Shown here: piece by piece, positions 56,064 to 64,000 of the stretch | Layout: the number at the start of each line of letters is the position of its first letter | Numbering within the stretch: the first letter of the stretch is position 1 | NCBI GenBank assembly: GCA_963783375.1 | Contig: CAWANH010000028.1 | Location: 1,888,001-1,952,000 of the forward strand | Length of the DNA stretch: 64,000 nt | Direction: 5' to 3' | Origin: Candidatus Eiseniibacteriota bacterium | GTDB lineage: Bacteria; Eisenbacteria; RBG-16-71-46; JABDJR01 | The notes under the pieces: model-generated | The model's database searches: none | The model's input: only the letters and a program-made list of their open reading frames with translations | What the model was told of the DNA's origin: nothing | Position numbers and translations under genes: made by a program

Positions 56064-56609
56064 TGCGGCGCCGCCCGCGACAAACTGGCTCCTAGGTTGA
56101 CCTGGGTGCCAACTACCCGGTTCGGGACAAGCGCCCGCCCACTTTTCACCACGAGCGATCTGGTTGTGCTCGCGCGCCCCCGGGCGCGCATGGTCCATGA
56201 TAGATGATGCACAGGATTGGCCCACACACGTTCATCCGTCGAGCGTCCGGCCGACCGGGGATGGTGCCTCCCTTGGTCGCGGACCCGACGTTCCCCCGGG
56301 TGAATGCGAGGTTCCCCCGGGTGTACCCGGGTACACCACGTTCGCGATAGATTCCTTATCGCGACGCCTCGGGCGGAGCGGCCCGAAGGCCGCGCTCCAC
56401 CAAGGCTGACCGAACCCCCCGGGGCTATCTCCTCGCGACCCCGGCCGCGCCAAGGCGACCGCACCCTCCGTCCCATCCGGAAATCCCTTCCGCCCGGCCG
56501 GAACTTTCGGTTCACACCGCCCCGAATCGCTCGGCGCCCTCGAAACAACGACCCCGATAACCCGCGGGTACACAGCGACTTCTGGGGATTCCTCGCCCGT
56601 CGATGGAAG

Positions 56610-56625
56610 CGGCACGCGCCTTGCG
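56610..56625 (+). promoter_or_regulatory. Sigma54 promoter of the flgF operon
   Basis: CGGCACGCGCCTTGCG (GG-N10-GC). Confidence 0.75.
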
Positions 56626-56737
56626 TATCGGCCCGGTGGTGCGCCCCCGGCCCGGCGCGGCATCGACCGCGCCGCCGGATCGCCGCGGCGGGAGCCGCGG
56701 CCTCGGACCGGCGCGCAGAAGAACACGGAGGAACCCG

Positions 56738-57427
56738 GTGCTGAACGGAATCGCCGACACTGCCCGCACGCTGTCCTACTACCTCCGCCGCCAGGAGGCG
56801 GCGGCCGAGAACGTGGCCCAGGCCAGCACCCAGGGATACAAGGCGGTGCGGGTGGCCGCCCAGGCCGCTCCCGGCACCGGTGCCCCGGAGGCGGTGAGCT
56901 GGACGGACTGGAAACAGGGCGCCCTCCGGGAGACCGGACGGCCTCTCGACCTGGCCTTCGAAGGGGATGGCTTTCTCGTGGTTCAGACGCCGGGGGGGGA
57001 GCGTCTGAGCCGCGGGGGAGCGCTCGGCCTCGACGCCGGAGGGCGCCTCACCGATGCCGACGGACGCCCGGTTCTGGGCCAGGGGGGACCGGTCTTCCTC
57101 CACGGCGGTTCGGTGGAGATCGGAAACGACGGGACGGTTCGGGTGGACGGCCAGGAAGCCGCGCGCCTCCGGATCGAGACGGTATCCGATCTCTCGACCC
57201 TCACCCGCCTGGACGGAGGGATCTACCGGCCATCGGGCAAGACCGCTCCGGCGCTCCCGGGACAGGCCGAGCTCCGGCAGGGCCGGCTCGAAGACTCCAA
57301 CGTCGACCCCGTTCTTTCCATGGTGGACCTGATCGGCATTCACCGCGCCTTCTCGGCCAACGCCCAGGCGCTCAAGGTGGTGGACCGCGTGCTCGGGATC
57401 GCGGCCACCGAAGTCGGGGACGCCTAG
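56738..57427 (+). CDS. flgF: Rod protein FlgF
   Basis: GGAGG RBS, GTG start; AENVAQAST.GYK, ETGRPLDLAFEGDGF, LEDSNV. Confidence 0.88.
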   Translation: MLNGIADTARTLSYYLRRQEAAAENVAQASTQGYKAVRVAAQAAPGTGAPEAVSWTDWKQGALRETGRPLDLAFEGDGFLVVQTPGGERLSRGGALGLDAGGRLTDADGRPVLGQGGPVFLHGGSVEIGNDGTVRVDGQEAARLRIETVSDLSTLTRLDGGIYRPSGKTAPALPGQAELRQGRLEDSNVDPVLSMVDLIGIHRAFSANAQALKVVDRVLGIAATEVGDA

Positions 57428-57450
57428 CCGGCGCCCCGGGGAGATCACGC

Positions 57451-58239
57451 ATGAACGCCAGCCTTCGCACCTCGGCCAGCGGGATGATGGCCCAGCAGAC
57501 GATGATCGACGTCATCGCCAACAACCTCGCCAACGTCAACACCACCGGGTTCAAGCGAAGCCGGGTCTCCTTCCAGGACGTCTTCTACGAGCTGGTGAAG
57601 GGACCCCGCCCCTCCGGCGACCTTTCCGGGGGCACCCTGGGGCCGCTCCAGGTGGGACGCGGGGTGCGGGTGGCCGCGGTGGACCGGATCCACTCCCAGG
57701 GACCCATGGAGGGCACCGACCGGCCGCTCGACCTGGCCATCGAAGGGGACGGCTTCTTCCAGGTTCGCCGTCCGGACTACACGACCGCCTACACCCGGGA
57801 CGGAAGCTTCACCCTCTCCGAGAACGGCGCCCTGGTCACCGAGGACGGAAACGAGGTGCTCCCCGGGATCCTGGTGCCCCAGGACGCCACCGGGGTCAGC
57901 ATTTCCCCCTCGGGAGTGGTGAGCGCCACCGTGCAGGGGGCCACCGATGCGGTGGAGCTGGGCCGGATCGAGCTGGCGCGGTTCATCAACCCCAGCGGAC
58001 TTTTCGCCGTCGGCCAGAACCAATACCTGGAAACTCCCGCCTCGGGCGAACCCATGATCGGCTCGCCGGACGAGCAGGGCTTCGGTCGCATCCAGCAGGG
58101 GTCCTTGGAGACCAGCAACGTGGAGATCGTCCAGGAGATGACCGACATGATCGCGGCCCAGCGCGCCTACGAGATCAACGCGCGGGCCATCCAGAGCGCC
58201 GACCAGATGATGCAGACCACCGGCGACCTCCTGCGATAG
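57451..58239 (+). CDS. flgG: Distal rod protein FlgG
   Basis: DVIANNLANVNTTGFK, AYTRDGSF, LETSNVEIVQEMTDMIAAQRAYE. Confidence 0.97.
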   Translation: MNASLRTSASGMMAQQTMIDVIANNLANVNTTGFKRSRVSFQDVFYELVKGPRPSGDLSGGTLGPLQVGRGVRVAAVDRIHSQGPMEGTDRPLDLAIEGDGFFQVRRPDYTTAYTRDGSFTLSENGALVTEDGNEVLPGILVPQDATGVSISPSGVVSATVQGATDAVELGRIELARFINPSGLFAVGQNQYLETPASGEPMIGSPDEQGFGRIQQGSLETSNVEIVQEMTDMIAAQRAYEINARAIQSADQMMQTTGDLLR

Positions 58240-58248
58240 GAACCGGCC

Positions 58249-58992
58249 ATGAAGACACCCGACATTCCGCGTCGTCCCCGGTTCGCGGTTCTGGCCGCGG
58301 TGGCCACCGCGTTCCTGGTGCGGGCGGCCGCGGCCGGCCCGGCGCCGGCTACCGCCTCCTCCGAGGCCTCGGCGCCGGTGGCCAGGGCGGTGGAGGAAGG
58401 CGTGACCGCGCGAATCGCCAGGAACTGGAACGTGGATCCCGCCGTCTTGCGTCTGAAGTGGGGTCGCGCCCCCTCCGGCGCGAAGGCTCCCGACGCCGCG
58501 CTGGTCCGGATCACCGGACAGGGCCGGGACGGGTGGATGGCCGCGGTGGTGGCGTCTCCGGACGGAGCGCCGGCGGCGGTTCCGGTGCGGGCGGGACGCC
58601 TCGACACGGTGTGGACCGCGGCCCGGACCCTGGCCGCGGGATCGCGTCTCGCCGAAGGGGACGCGCAACCCGAGACCCGGGTGCTCTGGGGGCCTCCACG
58701 GGGAGGCGCCCGGGAACGGCCCGCGCCCGGATGGGAGGTCCGCCGGAACCTGGCCCTGGGCGAGATGTTGATCGAGCCGGCGGTGGAGCCTCCTGCGCTC
58801 ATCGATCCCGGCGAGGCGGTGCAGCTCATCTGGTCGCGGGGAACCGTTCGGTTGTCCCTCACCGGCCGGGCCCTGAATCGGGCGCGGAGCGGTGAGGCGG
58901 TGCGGGTGCGGATCCCGGGGCGCGAGCGCCCCCTGACTGCGACCGCGGTGGAAGCGGGGGTCGCGGAGATCGACCCGGGAGGATCCCGATGA
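58249..58992 (+). CDS. flgA: P-ring chaperone FlgA
   Basis: Signal peptide; C-terminal GEAVQL...GRAL...GEAVRVR; between flgG and flgH. Confidence 0.8.
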   Translation: MKTPDIPRRPRFAVLAAVATAFLVRAAAAGPAPATASSEASAPVARAVEEGVTARIARNWNVDPAVLRLKWGRAPSGAKAPDAALVRITGQGRDGWMAAVVASPDGAPAAVPVRAGRLDTVWTAARTLAAGSRLAEGDAQPETRVLWGPPRGGARERPAPGWEVRRNLALGEMLIEPAVEPPALIDPGEAVQLIWSRGTVRLSLTGRALNRARSGEAVRVRIPGRERPLTATAVEAGVAEIDPGGSR

Positions 58993-59648
58993 TGAAACGA
59001 GTTTCCTGGTTCCTGACCGCCGGGCTCACGCCGATCCTGGCCGCCGCGCTGGCGCTTCCCGCCGGCGTGGCGCTCTCCGCCGGAGCGGCCCGGGCCGCCG
59101 ACGATCCGCCCGCCGCCGTCTCGAACCCCGCGCCTCCCGCCCGGGGCGATCGGGCGGCGTGGCTGTCGGATCGCCTCGGTCTCCGCGAAGGGGACATCGT
59201 GACCGTGATCATCGACGAGCAGACGAGCGCCCACGAGCAGGTCTCCCAGACCGGGACCGACCAGCACAACGTCTCCGCCAATCTCAGCGCCACCTCCGAC
59301 GGCGAGTCGGCCATGGGCAACACCGGGTTCGGCTCCAAGTGGTCGGCGGACTCCCGCGAGGGGGGCCAGGCCGACCGGAAGGGCGGCCTCTCCGGGGTGT
59401 TGAGCGCCCAGGTTCTCGACGTGGACACGCGGGGGGTGGCCCGGATCGAGGGGCACAAGACGGTGACCATCGACGGGCGGGCCCAGGAGATCACCCTGAC
59501 CGGGAGGGTCCGGACCGAGGACCTCTCCTCCAACAACGTGGTCCTCTCCAGCCGCCTCGCCGACGCCTCCATCAGCTACAAGGGCAAGAAGATGAGCGCC
59601 AAGAAGGGCATCATCGGAAAGATCGTGTCGATACTATGGCCATTCTGA
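58989..59648 (+). CDS. flgH: L-ring protein FlgH
   Basis: SDR...GDIVTVIIDE, IEGHK, LTGRVRTEDL..NNVVLSSRLADASISY, WPF end. Confidence 0.9.
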   Translation: MMKRVSWFLTAGLTPILAAALALPAGVALSAGAARAADDPPAAVSNPAPPARGDRAAWLSDRLGLREGDIVTVIIDEQTSAHEQVSQTGTDQHNVSANLSATSDGESAMGNTGFGSKWSADSREGGQADRKGGLSGVLSAQVLDVDTRGVARIEGHKTVTIDGRAQEITLTGRVRTEDLSSNNVVLSSRLADASISYKGKKMSAKKGIIGKIVSILWPF

Positions 59649-60679
59649 AACGACTTTTCCCGCTGGTATTGCTGATCGCCATGATCCCGGCGCCCCGGAG
59701 CGCCCGGGCCGAGTCCCTGGCGCGGATCGGAGACCTCACCCGTCACGAGGGGGACGTTCCCCGCCGGCTGGTGGGCTACGGCCTGGTGGTCGGCCTGGAC
59801 GGAACCGGGGACCGGAGCTTCGGAGGGATCTCCTCCCAGAACGCCACCGTGCATTCGGTGGTGAACCTCCTCCGGCGGTTCAACGTGGAGGTGCCGGCCG
59901 AATACCTCCGGCTCAGGAACGTGGCCGCGGTGCTCGTCACCGCCGAGGTCTCGCCGTATCTCCGGACCGGGGGACGGTTCGAAGTCCAGGTCTCCGCCCT
60001 GGGGGACGCGGTCTCCCTGGAGGGCGGGGTGCTCTGGATGGCGCCGCTGGTGACCGATCCCGGCCGGCCTCCCGAGGCCACCGCCCAGGGGCCGGTGATG
60101 GTGACCGCGGCGGATCGCACCATAGGGCCCTACCTCCGCCCCACCAACTCCGGGCGGATCCCCGAAGGGGGGATCCTGGAGACCGACCCGCCTCCGGTGG
60201 CCGGCGCGGACGCCCGTCTTTACCTGCGCCGGCCCGACCGGGTCTCGGCGCGGCGAATCGCCGAGACCATCAACCAGGCTCTGGGGGACGGGACCGCGGC
60301 GGTCGAGGATCCCGGCTCCATCAAGCTCGAGCTCAAACCGGAGAACTCCGGGGAGATGCTCGCCGCCATCGATACCCTCTCCGTCCGGGCCTCGGCTCCG
60401 GCCCGGGTCGTCATCCACGCCCGGGACGGGCTGGTGGTGGCCGGGGGAGAGGTCCGGGTGGGAATCGCGGTGGTGAGCACCCAGGGGATCACCCTCCAGA
60501 TCGGGGGGGAAGCGCCGCAATACGACACCCGGGGCCTGGTCTACATGGATCCCGAGGCCCTGGTGCAGGACGTGGCCGCCGGCCTCCACGCGGTGGGGGC
60601 GCGTCCGGCGGAGATCGCCGCGGTCTTCGAGGCGCTCCGCGACGCCGGGGCCCTCGACGCCGAGGTGGTGGTCCGATGA
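59636..60679 (+). CDS. flgI: P-ring protein FlgI
   Basis: LVGYGLVVGLDGTGD, NVAAVLVTA, SALGDAVSLEGG, AGALDAE. Confidence 0.95.
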   Translation: MAILKRLFPLVLLIAMIPAPRSARAESLARIGDLTRHEGDVPRRLVGYGLVVGLDGTGDRSFGGISSQNATVHSVVNLLRRFNVEVPAEYLRLRNVAAVLVTAEVSPYLRTGGRFEVQVSALGDAVSLEGGVLWMAPLVTDPGRPPEATAQGPVMVTAADRTIGPYLRPTNSGRIPEGGILETDPPPVAGADARLYLRRPDRVSARRIAETINQALGDGTAAVEDPGSIKLELKPENSGEMLAAIDTLSVRASAPARVVIHARDGLVVAGGEVRVGIAVVSTQGITLQIGGEAPQYDTRGLVYMDPEALVQDVAAGLHAVGARPAEIAAVFEALRDAGALDAEVVVR

Positions 60680-60966
60680 GCGTCAACGGCCTGGGGAGCC
60701 CGCCTCCGCCCGACGCCGCCGGGAAGCCGGCCCGCGAGCTTCGCTGGGCCTGCCACGAGATGGAGGGGGTGTTCCTCCGCCAGCTCTTCCAGGCAATGCG
60801 GGACACCGTGCCGAAGAACGACGTCCTCGGGAGTTCCCCGGGAGAAGACACCTTCACCGCGCTTCTCGACGACCGGCTGGCCGCCGACGCCGCGCAGAAA
60901 ATGGACCGGGGCCTCGGAGAGGCGCTCTATCGCCAGCTCTCGCGGCGACTCGGCCTGGAGAAATGA
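60676..60966 (+). CDS. flgJ: FlgJ rod-binding domain only (no muramidase)
   Basis: LRWACHEMEGVFLRQLFQAMRDTV, GLGEALYRQL. Confidence 0.88.
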   Translation: MSVNGLGSPPPPDAAGKPARELRWACHEMEGVFLRQLFQAMRDTVPKNDVLGSSPGEDTFTALLDDRLAADAAQKMDRGLGEALYRQLSRRLGLEK

Positions 60967-61502
60967 TGGCGCGCGCCCCCCGATTTGAACCGACCCCCCC
61001 GCCGGCCGAGGCTCCCCTGGACGTGCAGGCGCTGGCTCGGTCCCTGGACCAGGAGGCCGCTCTCCTGGCCGAGCTGATCGAGACCCTTGTCGGGCAGCGG
61101 GGAGCGGTGGCTTCGGGCGACCTCGAACAGGTCTTCGCCGGGAGCGAACGGGTCACCGGAACCCTTCTGAAGCTCGACCGGGCCCGGACCGGACGGCGGG
61201 AACTCCTGGCCCGCGGGACCGGGGACCCGGCCCTTCCACTCGCCGACCTCGAGCAGCGGCTCGGCCGGCCGCTCCCCGAGGCGGCGGTGCGGGCCCGGAA
61301 ACATCTCCGCGACGCGGCGGGCCGGGCCGAGCGCGAGCTGGCCATCAACCGGGCGGTGCTCCGTCGGGCCCAGGATGCCGGCGAGGCCCAGTTCCACGCG
61401 CTCCTCACCTGGCTCGAGCGCGAAACCCCCCTCTATGGACCCACTTCCGGGACGCCTCGCGGGAACGAACGCGGGGCCCTGGTGGTGGACAAGGTGGTGT
61501 GA
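60963..61502 (+). CDS. flgN: Export chaperone FlgN (putative)
   Basis: Helical; AINRAVL, Y...G..VVDKVV end; precedes flgK. Confidence 0.7.
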   Translation: MMARAPRFEPTPPPAEAPLDVQALARSLDQEAALLAELIETLVGQRGAVASGDLEQVFAGSERVTGTLLKLDRARTGRRELLARGTGDPALPLADLEQRLGRPLPEAAVRARKHLRDAAGRAERELAINRAVLRRAQDAGEAQFHALLTWLERETPLYGPTSGTPRGNERGALVVDKVV

Positions 61503-61503
61503 C

Positions 61504-62838
61504 ATGTCGTTTTCCAGCGTGCTCAACATCGCCCGTTCCGCGCTCTTCGTCCAGCAACGGGCGATGAGCCTCACCGCCGGCAACATCGCCAACGCCCAGA
61601 CCCCCGGATACACCCGGCGTCGCCTGGTGCTGGAGGCGGCCGGGTTCGGGGGATTCGGCTCCGGAGTCCGCGCCGCCGAGATGACCCGGACCCGCGATCC
61701 CTTCCTGGACGCCTCCTATCGGCGGGAGGTGGGGTTCCTGGGGACGGCGCAGTCCAACAACTACTTCCTGACCCAGGTGGAGGGGGCGATGAACGAACCG
61801 TCGGACGGCGGCGTCTCCGCGGCCCTCGATTCCTTCTTCAACGCCTTCGGGACCCTGGCCGGCGATCCGGCGAACCCGGTAAGCCGGGAAGAGGTCCGCG
61901 CGTCCGGAGACCGGCTTGCCCAGCGCATCCGGCGCCTCGCCCTGTCGATCACCGACGCCCAGAACCAGGCCAAGGCCAGTCTGAGCTCGGAGATCGCCGA
62001 CGTGAACGCGACCGCGCAGCGGATCGCCGACATGAACCAGCGCATCCAGGCCGCGGGGGGGAGCGCCGGCGCCTCGGCCGACCTTCTCGATCAGCGGGAT
62101 CAGCTGGTGGACCGCCTGGCCGGGATGCTGCCGGTCCAGGTCACCCAGGCCGGGGACGGATCCATCACCGTGAACACCGGCGGCGTGACGCTGGTGACCG
62201 GGGGAAACGTGCAGGCCCTGGAGGTCAAGAGCCTCGGCGCGGGGGGGACCGGCATCGGACCCAAGTCGGGGGGCGCGTTGCTCAGCCCGGAATCGGGGAG
62301 CATCAAGGCCCTGACCGAGCTCACCGCCACGACGCTTCCCGGCTACCTCGACAAGCTCGATTCCCTGGCCCGAGAGGTGGTGACCCGGGTGAATGCGCTC
62401 CACGAGTCCGGGACCACCGCCGACGGTCGGACCGGGGTGGACTTCTTCGACCCGAACGGCGTCACCGCCGCCACCATCAATCTCTCCGCCGACGTTACCG
62501 CCTCCACCGACGCCGTGCTCGAGGAGGGGGATCCCTTGCGGGCCATCGGTTCCCTGGCCGGCGGCTCCATCGACGGCTTGGGCGGAGCCACCTTCAGCGA
62601 CTTCTACTCCGCCTTTGCGGCCAACGTGGGGCGGTCGGTCCGCGACGCCCAGATTGACGAGGCGGCCTGCCGGTCCCTCACCGCGGAGGCCGATTCCCGC
62701 CGGGCTTCGGTGGAGGGGGTGTCGGTGGACGAGGAGATGGTGAACCTCATCGGCCAGCAGGAGGCCTACCAGGCTGCGGCGCGCCTGGTGGGGGTGGCCG
62801 ATCAGATGATCCAGGAGATCCTGTCGATCACCGGCTAG
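61504..62838 (+). CDS. flgK: Hook-associated protein FlgK
   Basis: NIANAQTPGYTRR, LLDQRDQL, GVSVDEEMVNL..QEAYQAAAR. Confidence 0.95.
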   Translation: MSFSSVLNIARSALFVQQRAMSLTAGNIANAQTPGYTRRRLVLEAAGFGGFGSGVRAAEMTRTRDPFLDASYRREVGFLGTAQSNNYFLTQVEGAMNEPSDGGVSAALDSFFNAFGTLAGDPANPVSREEVRASGDRLAQRIRRLALSITDAQNQAKASLSSEIADVNATAQRIADMNQRIQAAGGSAGASADLLDQRDQLVDRLAGMLPVQVTQAGDGSITVNTGGVTLVTGGNVQALEVKSLGAGGTGIGPKSGGALLSPESGSIKALTELTATTLPGYLDKLDSLAREVVTRVNALHESGTTADGRTGVDFFDPNGVTAATINLSADVTASTDAVLEEGDPLRAIGSLAGGSIDGLGGATFSDFYSAFAANVGRSVRDAQIDEAACRSLTAEADSRRASVEGVSVDEEMVNLIGQQEAYQAAARLVGVADQMIQEILSITG

Positions 62839-63814
62839 ACGCTTCCTTCGCACCCGCGCCGGCGGGATCCACGACCGCGCCCTGGAGAGAGCCCTCCGGC
62901 CCCGGCGACGTTGTCGAATCCACCGCCGCCCCGTGCAGGCCGGCCCCCGCGCCCGGCGCGCCCGCCGAGTCCCCGGCGGCGCCGTGGAGCTCGCCGTCCG
63001 CGGCTCCGGTGTCCACCGAGTCCGCGGCCGCGGCGTCGGGATCCTGGTCGTTCAGGAGCATCATGATGGTGACGCGGCGATTCCGGGGGGAGAACGGGTC
63101 GTCGGGGAGCTTGGGCTCCCGATCCGCGAAAGCGCGGACCTGGACGATCTGCTTCGGATGCAGGCCGTGCTCGGTGAGGATCCGGCGGGCCACGTTGGCC
63201 CGGTCGGCGCTCAGCTCCCAGTTCGTGTACCCGTTGGTGCTCGGATAGGCGTAGGCGTCGGTGTGCCCCTCGACCCGGACCGGAAGATCGAGGGCGGAAA
63301 GCTCACGGCCGAGCAGGGCCAGGACGGCCTGGCCGGCCTGGCTGGGAGTAGCTGCGCCCTTCTGGAAGAGGAAGCCGCTCTCGTCCTCTATCAGCTCGAT
63401 CCGCAGGCCCTCATCGGTGAGGGTGACCTCGATGTGATCGCCCAGCTTGGCGAGGTCCGGGGTCTCCCGGAGCTTCTTCTCGATGTTCTTCGCCATGCTT
63501 TTCAACCGGTCGCGCCGGAGCTCCAACACGTCCAGGTTGTTCATGGCCTTCCGCACGGTCTGGGACTGGGCGCCGTCCCCGGGGAGAATGGAGCTTCCGA
63601 ACTCGTCGGCCCGGCCCAGCGGGTCCTGGAAGTAGCCGGCGATGGCCGACTTGATGTCGGTGCTCTGGTTGACCAGCCACAGGACGAGGAAGAGACAGAA
63701 CATGGCGGTCATGAAATCGGCCAGGGCGACCTTCCAGGCTCCGCCGTGGTGGGCCTCCGCCCGCCGCCGCTTGCGGATGATGATCTGGACCGGCTCGTCA
63801 CGCTTCTTCTTCAT
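62828..63814 (-). CDS. motB: Stator protein MotB
   Basis: HHGGAWKVALADFMTAMF, VEGHTDA, NWELSADRAN, RNRRV. Confidence 0.96.
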   Translation of the reverse strand: MKKKRDEPVQIIIRKRRRAEAHHGGAWKVALADFMTAMFCLFLVLWLVNQSTDIKSAIAGYFQDPLGRADEFGSSILPGDGAQSQTVRKAMNNLDVLELRRDRLKSMAKNIEKKLRETPDLAKLGDHIEVTLTDEGLRIELIEDESGFLFQKGAATPSQAGQAVLALLGRELSALDLPVRVEGHTDAYAYPSTNGYTNWELSADRANVARRILTEHGLHPKQIVQVRAFADREPKLPDDPFSPRNRRVTIMMLLNDQDPDAAAADSVDTGAADGELHGAAGDSAGAPGAGAGLHGAAVDSTTSPGPEGSLQGAVVDPAGAGAKEASSR

Positions 63815-63831
63815 CTACCCCTCCCCGGCGG

Positions 63832-64000
63832 TCACGCGGCCTGGGCCAGGGTCTCGGAGGAAGCGGCCGGCCGGCGCTTGAGCTCCTGCATCGCCGCCTC
63901 CATCTCCGCGAAGTCGGGCCTCACCTCCGCCACGATCGAGCGCCGGGCGAACTCCACCGAGATCATGGGGGAAGCTCCCTTGGCCACCGCGGTGACCGCG
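63832..64000 (-). CDS. motA: Stator protein MotA, C-terminal part (runs off the window)
   Basis: Manual translation GASPMISVEFARRSI..EVRPDFAEME...LAQAA*; directly upstream of motB. Confidence 0.88.
   Translation of the reverse strand, partial: AVTAVAKGASPMISVEFARRSIVAEVRPDFAEMEAAMQELKRRPAASSETLAQAA

Noticed and set aside
56180-56215. dif/Xer-like site at the island edge
   Set aside because: Only vague similarity (catgatagatgatg); the arms do not match XerC/XerD consensus.
56534-56560. CCCGATAA as a sigma28 -10 before flgF
   Set aside because: No TAAA/TCAAG-like -35 at the right spacing; a good sigma54 element lies downstream.
130-63881. Many long alternative-frame and antisense ORFs (e.g. 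17961-20798 +, 20743-23730 -, 24066-27107 -)
   Set aside because: Arg/Gly/Pro-rich shadow ORFs expected at high GC; they overlap genes with clear family motifs.
1-64000. Firm taxonomic assignment (tail motif and gene order hint at FCB-related candidate phyla or Gemmatimonadota-like clusters)
   Set aside because: No marker genes in the window; the impression rests on memory and needs phylogenetic analysis.

Overview
Very GC-rich diderm bacterial DNA; no rRNA, tRNA or CRISPR array seen. Left ~24.7 kb: mixed genes, including a DUF2339-like membrane protein, fatty-acid hydroxylase, acyl-CoA dehydrogenase, a Hanks kinase-STAND-TPR protein, an M16 protease pair, NamZ with a MurU-AmgK fusion, an M28 peptidase, a GT-C/TPR glycosyltransferase, a decayed IS110 with a structured leader, a probable PPi-PFK, and three secreted proteins sharing a C-terminal P-x(3-4)-[TS]W[GS]x[IM]KxxY tail (candidate sorting signal). 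Right ~39 kb: a nearly complete flagellar cluster (flgB-N, fliE-R, flhAB, flhF, fliA, motAB) with unusual hybrid regulation: sigma54 promoters with a recurrent CGGMA-N5-TKCCG enhancer, FliA/FlgM, and also an alphaproteobacterial-type flagellin-flbT-flaF module. fliD, fliS and flhG are absent from the window. A sigma28 promoter drives a 3-gene operon (HAD + PRTase-like protein, methyltransferase, TPR-glycosyltransferase) that looks like a flagellin glycosylation pathway. A small foreign island (HTH + nucleotidyltransferase, AAA ATPase, attC-like half-site) separates fliA from flgF. All calls come from motif recognition by eye; no database searches were run.
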